Assembly (NCBI GenBank): GCA_964631855.1
Contig: CAZWAM010000004.1
Coordinates: forward strand, 3,508-61,276
From: an uncultured bacterium
GTDB lineage: Bacteria > RBG-13-66-14 > B26-G2 > WVWN01
Direction of reading: 5' to 3'
Length of the DNA stretch: 57,769 bases
How positions within the stretch are numbered: position 1 is the stretch's first letter; each line of letters begins with the position of its first letter. Position numbers and translations under genes: made by a program. The notes under the pieces are model-generated. The model had not been told where the DNA came from, ran no database searches, and saw only the letters and a list, made by a program, of their open reading frames with translations. Shown here piece after piece: positions 25,793 to 35,025 of the stretch.

Positions 25793-26698
25793 CTAAGGTT
25801 TACCGACTTCCGTCGGCTGCCCGGACAACCGCTGAGCCTTATTTATTTTATCCTGAGCGATGAAACTAGTCACCAGGTCGTACTCCGCGCGGATAGCCAG
25901 GATGAAGCTCTCTAACGCCAACGGCTTTAACGCCGCGTCACCTTTCGGGATTTTCCTTAGCGCCTGCCGCACCCGGCCGCCCAGCACCTTATCACCGCCT
26001 ACGTCGACGAAGGCAAAGACCTCCACCGGGACCTTTTCCGTATAGGTCAACGCCTCGGTTCCCTTGACCGGTTTGCGCGAGGGAAACAGGTTCGCCGGTA
26101 CGCAACCGTATTCGACCTCACCCGCGGCCACCCCGGCGATGACTTCGTCCGCCGTCCCGTTGGGCGCTTCGCGGAGGTCGAAGTCGAGGTCGAGGTCGAG
26201 GCCGTTGCGGTCGAAGAACATCTTCTGGGACAGATAGCCGTCGAGCGAGTTCTTCGAGACGATCATAATCGAACTACCCTTCAGCTCGGGGACTTCACGG
26301 ATTTTTTGGGTCCCTCCCTCGGGGACAATAATACATCCCTGGGCCATCGAGCCTTTATCGGCGTAATTAGCCTTGACTAGCACGATGCACCCGTCGGCGA
26401 CCTCTGCATAATCCAACGGGTTCGCGAAGACGAACGCGGCCTTGCCTTCTTTGACCAACGAAGAGAATTCCTCGCGCGATTTCGTGGGTTGAAATCTAAA
26501 AGGGCGGCCGACCCGTTCCTCCAAATACGCCGCCAGCGGCTCGAACTTCTTGCCCGCTTCGGCCTTCTCGAACGTCGGCCCGAGCGCAACCACGATGGCC
26601 TCCATCTCGGAGACGCCCTTACCCTTCTTACAACCCGGGTTAGCGATTAAAACCGCTACCAAACCCGCGGCAACTACGATCGTCCACGAACGCTTCAT
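25793..26698 (-). CDS. PhnD-like (phosphate/phosphonate-type) periplasmic substrate-binding lipoprotein, with no transporter partner nearby
   Basis: Start preferred at ATG 26698 (MKRSWTIVVAAGLVAVLIANPGC lipobox; GGGAG SD sequence 8 nt upstream). ...FVFANPLDYAEV...GYLSQKMFF... has a type-2 binding-protein look. Confidence 0.55.
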   Translation of the reverse strand: MKRSWTIVVAAGLVAVLIANPGCKKGKGVSEMEAIVVALGPTFEKAEAGKKFEPLAAYLEERVGRPFRFQPTKSREEFSSLVKEGKAAFVFANPLDYAEVADGCIVLVKANYADKGSMAQGCIIVPEGGTQKIREVPELKGSSIMIVSKNSLDGYLSQKMFFDRNGLDLDLDFDLREAPNGTADEVIAGVAAGEVEYGCVPANLFPSRKPVKGTEALTYTEKVPVEVFAFVDVGGDKVLGGRVRQALRKIPKGDAALKPLALESFILAIRAEYDLVTSFIAQDKINKAQRLSGQPTEVGKP

Positions 26699-26738
26699 AT
26701 TGCTCGCTCCCGTCAACGTAAGAGCCGCCTTTTTTAAA

Positions 26739-26767
26739 AGTTTACCAGCGGCTCAGGAGGGTGTCAA
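26739..26767 (-). promoter_or_regulatory. Possible internal promoter
   Basis: Minus strand: TTGACA (26767-26762), 17-nt spacer, TAAACT (26744-26739). Confidence 0.35.
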
Positions 26768-26792
26768 GTTAAAACACTTCCCACTCCGCAAA

Positions 26793-27254
26793 TCACGGGA
26801 CTACGAGAACGGCGCAATCGGCGTCCTCCACGACGCGCTGGGCGAGGCCGCCGAGGGGGTACCCCGCGGCGTGGAAGCCGCTCTTTTTACCGATCACGAC
26901 CAGGTCCGCCTCGGCCTCGTCCGCGACCGTAACTACTTCGATATGAGGTCGGCCCTTCCTCACGATTATCTCGGCGTCCACGCCCTCTTCCGCCGCCATC
27001 TTGCCCACTTTGGCCACGGCCTCCTCGGCGTTGGCCTCCAGTTCGCGGCCTACTTTCTGCTGTTGCGCTTCCGGCCTACCGGCGAAATCCGCGACCACCG
27101 ACGTATCGACGACCGAAATTACGATTATCTTCGCGCCGTCCCTTTTGGCCAAGCGAAACGCCGTCCCAACCGCGCGCATCGCGAACGGCGTTCCGTCCGT
27201 GCTCACGACGATAGTGTGGAAGCCGGCCGTCTCCGGGAAATTTTTACCCGCCAT
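26793..27254 (-). CDS. Universal stress protein (UspA family)
   Basis: 153 aa. ...IVVSTDGTPFAMRAV...DLVVIGKKSGFHAAGYPLGGLAQRVVEDADCAVLVV. Confidence 0.85.
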   Translation of the reverse strand: MAGKNFPETAGFHTIVVSTDGTPFAMRAVGTAFRLAKRDGAKIIVISVVDTSVVADFAGRPEAQQQKVGRELEANAEEAVAKVGKMAAEEGVDAEIIVRKGRPHIEVVTVADEAEADLVVIGKKSGFHAAGYPLGGLAQRVVEDADCAVLVVP

Positions 27255-27255
27255 T

Positions 27256-27756
27256 TCAATTAGCTCGCGCCGCCAACCTCTCTCGTAAACGCACGTTAAC
27301 TACGGCCGGGACGAAACAATCCACCGGGCCCCCCAGTCGCGCGATCTCTTTGACCAGGCTCGAGTTCAGATAAAAGTACTTTTCCGACGGCAACATCAAA
27401 ACGGTGTTGACCTCGTCGGCGAGCTTACGATTGACCGAGGCCATCTTCAACTCCTCTTCAAAATCCGAAACCGCGCGCAAGCCCCGCACGATCACCTGGG
27501 CCCCTTTACGGCGCGCATATTCGACGGTTAAACCCTCGAAGCTGTCTACCTCGACCCCCGGCAGCTCGCCGGTTACTTCGCGCAACATCTCCAACCTTTC
27601 TTCGACTTCGAACAAAGGCTGTTTATCAGAGTTGACGGCTATCGCCATAATGAACCGATCGAATATGCGGACGCATCTCTCCGCTATGTCGAGATGGCCG
27701 TACGTTACCGGGTCGAACGTCCCGGGGTACAACGCTACGACACTTTTATTAGCCAT
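27256..27756 (-). CDS. coaD: Phosphopantetheine adenylyltransferase
   Basis: 166 aa. ALYPGTFDPVTYGHLDIAER (T/HxGH motif)...VRGLRAVSDFEEELKMA... Confidence 0.95.
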   Translation of the reverse strand: MANKSVVALYPGTFDPVTYGHLDIAERCVRIFDRFIMAIAVNSDKQPLFEVEERLEMLREVTGELPGVEVDSFEGLTVEYARRKGAQVIVRGLRAVSDFEEELKMASVNRKLADEVNTVLMLPSEKYFYLNSSLVKEIARLGGPVDCFVPAVVNVRLRERLAARAN

Positions 27757-27774
27757 AACCGCTAACGCCCGACC

Positions 27775-29808
27775 CTATCTCGCGACGGCCAACCGGCGCG
27801 CCGCGGAACCCGCCGACGAGGCGAAACAGCAGACGTAAACGCCCGGCGGCAGCGGCCGGCCCGCGCCGTCGGCAACCGACCACGTTATAACGTTCTCCCC
27901 CGCGCGAGCGCCGCGCGCCACCGTCGCTATGCGCCGGCCGGCGAGGTCGAAAACCGCGAGCTCCGCCCCGGGGTCGTCCGAGGGGAGCGAGAACGCGAAA
28001 GTTACGCTCCCGGACGCCGGGTTCGGCCTCGGTTGGGCAAAAGCAAACGGCGCGGCCTTTACGCCCGCCCGGGCCTCCGCCGGGCCAAAGGTACGGCTCG
28101 CGCCGGCGCGCGGTACGTACTCCAGCCAATAGCGGTAAGTGATACCGCCCTCGACGTCCCGGTCGAAGAAGCGGAAGGGCGGCCGGCCGCTGACCGGCGC
28201 CCGGTTTATTCTCGCGAGGCTTTTACCCGGGCGTCCGCGGTAGACGTTAAAAACGCCGGCCAACCCGCCCTCGCCCGGAGCCCACGACAGAAGGATACCC
28301 TCCGCGCGGCCCGCGGCTCGGAAATATCTCAGCTCGACGGGCGTCAGTAACTTCATAGCGGCCTCGTAAACGTCGAGCCGGCCGGCGCCGTAGTCGTTAT
28401 CCTTGCCGGGAGGGCCCAGGTCCAACGCGGTGATTTGCATTATCTCCGATAAATCCTCGGGGGTGAGGTTCTCGTCGACGTCCAAAAGCAGCGCGGCGCA
28501 ACCTGCGGCGTGGGGCGACGCCATCGACGTCCCGGACATATCCCTATACCCCGAATTGTCGTTGTGCCGACAGGATTTAATCTGGTACCCGGGAGCCGCG
28601 ACATCCGGCTTCAGAAGGCCCATCTTGGCGCCGTTCTCGTAAGGGTAGTCGCGCCACGGGTCGATGGTCTCCCAACTGCTCGGGCCCATGCTTGAGAAAT
28701 AGGCATACACGTCGTCCTGCGTCGTCGCGCCGACGGCCATCATCGACGCCAGGCCGCCCTTCAACTTCTGGTCGGGGTGGAGCCACGGCGGCGGACAATT
28801 GCCGGGAGCCGAGACGTTCCAGGGCAGGGGGTCCGTCGTATTGACCGAACTGCGGTAGTTCCCCGCCGATTTAAACTGGATGAAGCCGGCGCTGAGCTGT
28901 ATCTCGGAGGCGTAACGCCACGTCGCGTAGTCCGGGTTGGTATAAACGCGCCAGCCGAATGAGAGCGTTCCCAGGTCCGCGCCCTGACCGACGGCCCACT
29001 GCCAGGCTTCCCACACCGTGGACTCGACGCCGCTTATTTTACAAATCATAATCGTGGCATCGGGCGCGACGCCGGCTTGAGTACCGGCCGTGCCGTCGGA
29101 GGCCACGATGCCGCACACGTGGGTGCCGTGGCCGTTGTAATCCATGGTCTCTTCGTTATTGTCGGCGAAGTTCCAACCGTGCTTCGGGAAATTCGGGCCG
29201 CCCTCCCACATGTGGTCCCGGAGGTCGAGGTGGTTGTAATTGCACCCCGTATCGAAGACCGCAACCGTAACCCCCTCGCCCCGGTAGTCCATCGTCCAGA
29301 CGTCGGGGGCGCGGACTTTGGCGACGCCCCAAGCTATCTCGTCGCGGGAAGCGTCCGCCGCCGCGGCCTCGAATTCCAGGACCTGGTCGAGCGGGATCTC
29401 CTCATCCCAGTCGACGCTGCGGACGTCGCGCCGCGCGGCGAGGCGGCGGGCGATATCGGCGTCCACCCAGGCGTTTATAGCGTTCACGAGCCACATCACG
29501 CGCACGTCGCGCGCGCGGGCCGCCCGCTCGGCTTCCGCGAGTAAATCCAAAACGCCCCCTTGCGTATCACGCGCGAATCGCCGGAGCTCGTCCACGACGA
29601 CCGCCCGACGTTCCCCGCGCGAAAGGCCCCGCGCAATCGAAGCCATAACCTCCGGGTCGTATCGTTCCCTCATCATTATGTTGACCCGTACCAGCTCGCC
29701 CGACTCGAGGGTTTGGAGGCGAGCGGCGAGCTGAGGCGTCATACCGTCGAAGCCGCGCGCGGGTACGACGGCCGCGAGGGCGATAATTACAATTAAAATA
29801 GTCCTCAT
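27775..29808 (-). CDS. Secreted S8 (subtilisin-like) serine peptidase with Por/T9SS-type C-terminal sorting domain
   Basis: Catalytic triad contexts VFDTGCNYNH (Asp), HGTHVCGIV (His) and SGTSMASPHAAG (Ser). Start preferred at ATG 29808 (MRTILIVIIALAAV; GGAGG 5 nt upstream). C-terminus: ...PNPASGSVTFAFSLP...LAVFDLAGRRIATV...GVYVCCF...RRLAVAR. Confidence 0.9.
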   Translation of the reverse strand: MRTILIVIIALAAVVPARGFDGMTPQLAARLQTLESGELVRVNIMMRERYDPEVMASIARGLSRGERRAVVVDELRRFARDTQGGVLDLLAEAERAARARDVRVMWLVNAINAWVDADIARRLAARRDVRSVDWDEEIPLDQVLEFEAAAADASRDEIAWGVAKVRAPDVWTMDYRGEGVTVAVFDTGCNYNHLDLRDHMWEGGPNFPKHGWNFADNNEETMDYNGHGTHVCGIVASDGTAGTQAGVAPDATIMICKISGVESTVWEAWQWAVGQGADLGTLSFGWRVYTNPDYATWRYASEIQLSAGFIQFKSAGNYRSSVNTTDPLPWNVSAPGNCPPPWLHPDQKLKGGLASMMAVGATTQDDVYAYFSSMGPSSWETIDPWRDYPYENGAKMGLLKPDVAAPGYQIKSCRHNDNSGYRDMSGTSMASPHAAGCAALLLDVDENLTPEDLSEIMQITALDLGPPGKDNDYGAGRLDVYEAAMKLLTPVELRYFRAAGRAEGILLSWAPGEGGLAGVFNVYRGRPGKSLARINRAPVSGRPPFRFFDRDVEGGITYRYWLEYVPRAGASRTFGPAEARAGVKAAPFAFAQPRPNPASGSVTFAFSLPSDDPGAELAVFDLAGRRIATVARGARAGENVITWSVADGAGRPLPPGVYVCCFASSAGSAARRLAVAR

Positions 29809-29865
29809 AACGGCCTCCAAAAAACGCCGGCCCCGTTGGCATACCGGCGATTCATACCCCAAACG

Positions 29866-29894
29866 ATACTAAAAGACGCCGCCGTAAATAGCAA
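29866..29894 (-). promoter_or_regulatory. Possible promoter for the S8 gene
   Basis: Minus strand: TTGCTA (29894-29889), 17-nt spacer, TAGTAT (29871-29866). Confidence 0.35.
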
Positions 29895-30025
29895 GGAAAA
29901 AACGGCGTTCTCAATTACCGCCTTCCCCGTGGGAAAGCGTCGCCGCGAGCGAAGGAGTGAGATTAAAAGGGGTGATTCTATTTAGCATCGAATGAGCTAA
30001 ACCTACCGGCGCGGGGGAGGGAAAT

Positions 30026-32191
30026 CTACCGACCGATTATAACCAGCTTCCCGACCTCGAGCTGGTCATTCCCCATAACGCGATATATGTAAAGCCCCGG
30101 CACCAAAGGCCTCCCGTCGTGACCGGGCCGCCATATGAAATTCTCGCGGCCGGGCGCCACGTCGCTGCGGGCAACCTTCCGCCCGGCGACGTCGAAAACG
30201 GTCACGGTTGCGGGCGACGAAATGCCGTCGAAAGTTATGCCGGCGCCCGAGGCATAATTATAAGGGTTGGGAAATACGCGGAAAGGCCGGCGGGGCCGCG
30301 GTTCCTCCCTCGCCGCGACCGCGGGGTCTCGTACGCCGATGTACTCCGAGCGCGCGAGATGGCCTACGGTCGCGGCGGCGGTTTTGCCCACGCGCGTCGC
30401 GAGGGGTATGGTTAGCTTGTCTAAAGTATCGTCCGGCGTATGATAATAAGGGTAAACTAAGTCGGGTTTGGAGCCCGGGCCGCCCTCGAAAAGGCCTACC
30501 GCCTCGTATTTTGCTTCCCAAAAAGAGCAGTGGTCCCCCTGGCCGCCGTAGATTTCGTAGTCGAACATCAGCTCGAGCCCGTATAGCTTGCCGACCGCGG
30601 CGACGTAGTCGCCGAGCCATATGGAAGCGCCGTCCACTCTGATTATCGCGTCGTCGCGCGAGCCCCGGTCCTCGTCATACGCGACCATATCGAGAACGAC
30701 GGCCGCGACTATCTTCTCGTCCTTAACCGAACATTCCTCCACGTACGCGCGGCTGCCGCCGTAGCTCTGCTCGGCGCCGCCGAAGAGTACGAAACGCAGC
30801 GTCCGGCCGACGCCGAGGTTGCCGAAGGCCGTCGCGGCGGCGAGAACGCAGCTCACCCCCGAGGCGTTCGCGTCCGCGCCTGGCGCGCCGTCGGCCGGCC
30901 GGGAGGAGGTGGAATCGTAGTGAGCCCCGAGCAGGATAATTTCGTCGTCCGCGACCGAGCCGCGACGCTCCGCCACGACGTTCTCCCAGAACATGTCCAA
31001 CCGAAGGTTGATCTTTTCGAAACTTACGCCGCCGTCACGAGTCAAATAGATCTCCCGGCCGAAGAGGTCGGTTAAGAGGCCGTGCTCGGCGTCGCCGAAG
31101 GCCCCGTCGCCCCAAAATACCTCCGGCGCGCTCGGTACAAGCGACCACGTCCGGCCGCCGTCTTCCGTCTTGTAAATTACGCCTTTGCCCGCGGTGAACC
31201 CGGTGGCCGCGTCCGGAAAAGAGACCGTCGTTAAAACGGCCGCGGAACCCGTTTCCACGTACGACCAATTTTCGCCGCCGTCTTTCGTGTACAGGAGTCT
31301 CGGGCCCCCGTACGCGGCCCACGCGACGTCGCCGTCAATAGCGACGAACGACCTGACGTCCGCCGGGGGAACGGGAAAGCCTTGCACCGTCCAACGCGTG
31401 CCGCCGTCTTCGGTCCGATAGATAACGCCGTCGTCGTACCAACTCGGCACCGCCCAACCCCTCCCGGCGTCGCCGAAAGCGATTGTATGGGGACAACCGA
31501 AATTGGGCAACGACTGCGCCGCCCAACTCCCCCCGCCGTCGTCGGTATAGTATATTCGCGGCGAAGACTCGTGGGAACAAGCGGCCCAACCCACGTCGCG
31601 GTCGACGAAAAATACGGACCTGAGGATATCGGCCGCGCCCTCGTCGACGCGAAGGTTTTGCCACGTTCGCCCGCCGTCCTCCGTTTTGGCCACGGTGCTC
31701 TCCGCCGACGCCGCGTACCCCACGGCGGCGTCGACGAAATGAGCGTCGTAAAGGCGCCCCGGCGCGAACGGGAATTGGCGCTGCCAGGAAGCGCCGCCGT
31801 CCGCGGAATTGTAAAACGTACTCCCGGCGGTAAAGACCCAGGCCGTTTTGTCCGCGTCCCCCCAATAGCTCCGCTTAAGGCATACGCCCCTGAACTCGTG
31901 CAAACGCGTCGAGTAGCCGAGGCCCGCGAGGATTTGCCGGGCGTAATCGCGCGCTTCCTCGCTTCCGGGCATATAGGAATACCGGCTTTTGAGATCTTGT
32001 AAGTATTGGATGTGGCCCGCGACAAGCTCGTCCGTAATGCCGTCCAAAGCCGCGGCGATAGCCGAGTCGCGGCCCGAGGGCGGCGGCTCGTCGCAGAAAG
32101 CCGGCGGCAAAGGGCCAATTAAAAAGTATAAAAAAGCCGTGGCCTTTACATATTCAATCTTTAAAACTCCGCGCATAAGCCCTCGCCACAT
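30026..32191 (-). CDS. M28-like protein, paralog 1 (short form): split M28 fold with a nested 7-blade Asp-box propeller and a sorting C-terminal domain (CTD); catalytic residues substituted
   Basis: 721 aa. Seven SxDxGxxW-type boxes: SADGGASWQ, TEDGGRTWQ, TDDGGGSWA, TEDGGTRWT, TKDGGENWS, TEDGGRTWS, TRDGGVSF. M28 blocks: GAHYDS, APGADANASG, FGGAEQSYGGS, VLDMV, YYHTPDD. CTD: VFPNPYNYASGAGITFDG...VFDVAGRKV...GLYIYRV...GKLVIIGR. Confidence 0.85.
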   Translation of the reverse strand: MWRGLMRGVLKIEYVKATAFLYFLIGPLPPAFCDEPPPSGRDSAIAAALDGITDELVAGHIQYLQDLKSRYSYMPGSEEARDYARQILAGLGYSTRLHEFRGVCLKRSYWGDADKTAWVFTAGSTFYNSADGGASWQRQFPFAPGRLYDAHFVDAAVGYAASAESTVAKTEDGGRTWQNLRVDEGAADILRSVFFVDRDVGWAACSHESSPRIYYTDDGGGSWAAQSLPNFGCPHTIAFGDAGRGWAVPSWYDDGVIYRTEDGGTRWTVQGFPVPPADVRSFVAIDGDVAWAAYGGPRLLYTKDGGENWSYVETGSAAVLTTVSFPDAATGFTAGKGVIYKTEDGGRTWSLVPSAPEVFWGDGAFGDAEHGLLTDLFGREIYLTRDGGVSFEKINLRLDMFWENVVAERRGSVADDEIILLGAHYDSTSSRPADGAPGADANASGVSCVLAAATAFGNLGVGRTLRFVLFGGAEQSYGGSRAYVEECSVKDEKIVAAVVLDMVAYDEDRGSRDDAIIRVDGASIWLGDYVAAVGKLYGLELMFDYEIYGGQGDHCSFWEAKYEAVGLFEGGPGSKPDLVYPYYHTPDDTLDKLTIPLATRVGKTAAATVGHLARSEYIGVRDPAVAAREEPRPRRPFRVFPNPYNYASGAGITFDGISSPATVTVFDVAGRKVARSDVAPGRENFIWRPGHDGRPLVPGLYIYRVMGNDQLEVGKLVIIGR

Positions 32192-32197
32192 AATACG

Positions 32198-32225
32198 ATT
32201 ATACCAAACTTACCACAAATAGCAA
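32198..32225 (-). promoter_or_regulatory. Promoter-like element abutting the paralog-1 start codon
   Basis: Minus strand: TTGCTA (32225-32220), 16-nt spacer, TATAAT (32203-32198). ATG 32191 lies only 6 nt past the -10 box. Confidence 0.4.
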
Positions 32226-32399
32226 ATCGCACCCCGAGAAACGCGCTCGCGCCGGACGAAAATAAATTATGAAGAAGCGACGACGCGTCAAAGGTCGTCC
32301 TTCTTCCGACGCGTAATTCTATATTAATTTTAATAAAAATGCGGCCGCCCGCCCGCGTAAGGCAGGCGACCTGGCCGGACGTCACGCGAGGCGCTGCCC

Positions 32400-34901
32400 T
32401 TATTTCGAGACGACGATTTTCCCCGCCTCTCTCTGCTCGCGCCCCTCGACGCGGTAGAGGTAGACGCCGGGTGCGAGCGAATCGCCGTTAGCGCCGGCAG
32501 GCCGCCATACGCACTCGTCGCTGGGCGCGGCCACCTCCTCGCGGCCTACGCGCCGGCCGGCGAGGTCGTATACCTCAACCGTCGCCGGCGATTTAATGCC
32601 GACGAAGTTGACGCCGCCCGCGGACGTCGCGTAGCAATACGGGTTCGGGTAAACGGCAAACGGTCGGACGAAGGGGACCGCGGCCGTCCCCGGCGGCGCA
32701 GGTTCGAAGAAGTACGGCCCCACGCCGGCGAGGTGCGCCAGCGTCGCGGCGTAATCGCGGACGAAGCGCACGCCGAGCTCGGGATGGAGCTTGTCGAGGG
32801 TATCTTCGGTGGTGTGGATATACGGATATTCTTCGCCGCCGCCCACGCCCTTTTCCCCCTCGATAACGCCCATCGCGGCGTAACCGACATCTTCGAACGG
32901 CCCATGGTCGCCGACGCTGCTCGCCTCGTAGTCGTATATAAGGGCATTACCGTACAACCGGCCGACGCGTTTCAGGTATTCGTACAACCACCACGATTTT
33001 CGAGTCTCGGCCGTGAAGTCGTCGCGTGCCCCGCCCTCCTCGTCGTAACAAACCATATCGGCGTTGAGGACCGCGACTACCTTCTCCCCTTTTTGGGCGC
33101 AATAATTCGCGTAGGCTTTACTACCTATCACGCCTTGCTCTTCGGCGCCGAAAGCCACGTAGCGAACGGTCCTTTTAAAGGACATATTCCGAAAAGCCCT
33201 CGCCGCAGCCATCGCGCACGCCGTCCCGGAGGCGTTATCGTCGGCCCCCGGGCAATCCGAAGGGTAACGGGGCCCCGCGAATGAATCGAAATGGCCGCCG
33301 ATGAGTACGATTTCTTCCAGACGTTCGCAGCCCCGCCTCTCGCCGACGACGTTTTCGGAGGCCAACCCTATCCTCCCAACGACGTCGCGGAAACTCTTAC
33401 CGCCGTCCCCCGTTACGAATAATTCGGATTCGGCCGTGGCGCCCAAAAGGCCGTGCGCCGCGCCGGCGAAAGATAAAATATCGCAGAAACCCTCGCCGGG
33501 CTTACGTAACAAACGCCACGTCTTGCCGCCGTCGGAGGTCGCGACCAGCCGGTCGCCCGCGGCGAAGCCGTGGGTACGGTCCGGGAACTCGATTTGCGAC
33601 AAGTGCCCCTCGTGCCCCGGGTTGACGTAATACCAGTCCGTACCGTTCTTCGTGCGGATCAGTCTCGAGTCGCCGACTGCCGCCCACGCCTCGGCCTCCG
33701 AAACGGGCGCTATGTCGTATATCCGGAACGCAGGCTTCGAGCACAACCGCCAACTACTGCCGCCGTCGCGGGAATAGTAAACGAGGTAATGGTCCGTAAC
33801 CCAAAGGCAATTCTCGTCGTACGCGCGGATCATGCGCACCGCGAAATCTTCGGCGACGTGCTGGGGGGCCCACGTCTTGCCCCCGTCAGAGGTCTTATGG
33901 AGAATTAGCTCGTACCGCCGCCGCGGTACACCCTTTCCCCCGCCGAACCACCCTACGTTTGCCGAGGCGAAAAATAAGTCGTTGATTACGAACCGGGCGC
34001 CCGGTTCCGACGGCGCAATTTTATAAGTCTTCCAAGTATAGCCGCCGTCCGAGGTCTTGCCGATCGTTTTAGCATAATCGTCGCGGTAAATAAAACCGAC
34101 CCGCTCGTTCACCCAAAACGAGTTATCGAGCCAATCCGTCCGCGCACCGTAAAAAGAATCCCACGAGGTACCGCCGTCCCGCGTCCTTTTGAAAACGCCT
34201 ACGTCCGTGTCGACGTATATAACGCCGTTCTTGTCCGCGAAGTGGGCGTTTTTAATCCCGGCACAATCGAAAGGGAAAAAGGAAGTTTCTAGATTTTGGA
34301 GGGCGAAGAAGTTACGGATATAATCGCGGGCCGCGTCGCAACCGGCGGTCTCTACCGCCCGGGTTTTAAAATCTTGTAATTGTTTAATATACGAGGCGTA
34401 CTCTTCCGCCGTTATCGTGTTAATAGCTCCTTCGATCGCCGGGTCCTTCTTCGTAGGCGGCGCCTCGCCGTCGTAGCGCCAGTCGACCGGCGTCACCGGC
34501 TCAAGCTTTATCAGCTCGATTCTATGCTCGACGGCGCGGAGCGCTCCCGGGCCCAAGCCCCGCTCGAGCCCTACGAGGATTTCATATTCCGAGAGCCGTA
34601 CCGCGGCGCCCAGGTGCTCGAAATGCTCGGGCGTGATTTTTACCCACGCCGGCGCCCAGACGATATAGTAATCCTTCGTTTGCGCTTCCCGGTCGAGGAG
34701 GCGGTACGGCGCCACGCGGCCTAACGCCGCGCTCGAGCCGTTGTACAAATACCCTCCCGCCGCCTGCCCGAGATAATAAAGCCCCGCCGCCTCGTCGGGC
34801 CGGACTTCCTTTTCGGAAATTACGACGAGGTCGCCGGGCAGCGCGTACGCCGCCGCGGCGAAAATAAAACCCACGACGGCCGCAACTATCGTCTTCCTCA
34901 T
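32400..34901 (-). CDS. M28 peptidase, paralog 2: N-terminal domain + split M28 + nested 7-blade propeller + sorting CTD
   Basis: Start preferred at ATG 34901 (MRKTIVAAVVGFIFAAAAYA; GGAGG 8 nt upstream). Blocks: GGHFDS, CPGADDNASG, FGAEEQGVIGS, LNADMV, YIHTTEDT. Asp-boxes include TRDGGTSWD, TSDGGYTWK, TSDGGKTWA, SRDGGSSWR, TSDGGKTWR. Confidence 0.85.
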   Translation of the reverse strand: MRKTIVAAVVGFIFAAAAYALPGDLVVISEKEVRPDEAAGLYYLGQAAGGYLYNGSSAALGRVAPYRLLDREAQTKDYYIVWAPAWVKITPEHFEHLGAAVRLSEYEILVGLERGLGPGALRAVEHRIELIKLEPVTPVDWRYDGEAPPTKKDPAIEGAINTITAEEYASYIKQLQDFKTRAVETAGCDAARDYIRNFFALQNLETSFFPFDCAGIKNAHFADKNGVIYVDTDVGVFKRTRDGGTSWDSFYGARTDWLDNSFWVNERVGFIYRDDYAKTIGKTSDGGYTWKTYKIAPSEPGARFVINDLFFASANVGWFGGGKGVPRRRYELILHKTSDGGKTWAPQHVAEDFAVRMIRAYDENCLWVTDHYLVYYSRDGGSSWRLCSKPAFRIYDIAPVSEAEAWAAVGDSRLIRTKNGTDWYYVNPGHEGHLSQIEFPDRTHGFAAGDRLVATSDGGKTWRLLRKPGEGFCDILSFAGAAHGLLGATAESELFVTGDGGKSFRDVVGRIGLASENVVGERRGCERLEEIVLIGGHFDSFAGPRYPSDCPGADDNASGTACAMAAARAFRNMSFKRTVRYVAFGAEEQGVIGSKAYANYCAQKGEKVVAVLNADMVCYDEEGGARDDFTAETRKSWWLYEYLKRVGRLYGNALIYDYEASSVGDHGPFEDVGYAAMGVIEGEKGVGGGEEYPYIHTTEDTLDKLHPELGVRFVRDYAATLAHLAGVGPYFFEPAPPGTAAVPFVRPFAVYPNPYCYATSAGGVNFVGIKSPATVEVYDLAGRRVGREEVAAPSDECVWRPAGANGDSLAPGVYLYRVEGREQREAGKIVVSK

Positions 34902-34924
34902 TCCCGCCGCCTCCTTCAACGTAT

Positions 34925-34953
34925 ATTTAATGACATCCCGCCCGGCTAGTCAA
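34925..34953 (-). promoter_or_regulatory. Possible promoter for paralog 2
   Basis: Minus strand: TTGACT (34953-34948), 17-nt spacer, TTAAAT (34930-34925). Confidence 0.4.
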
Positions 34954-34958
34954 GTTAT

Positions 34959-34996
34959 AAAAAAATGCCCGCCCGCGCAACCCGGGCTTTTTTTTT
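34959..34996 (-). terminator. Bidirectional-looking terminator between paralogs 3 and 2
   Basis: An A7 run, a GC hairpin (gcccg...cgggc within tgcccgcccgcgcaacccgggc), then a T9 run. On the minus strand the hairpin is followed by ATTTTTTT. Confidence 0.45.
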
Positions 34997-35025
34997 GCCA
35001 GTACTACGTACGAAAGCCTTTTTGC

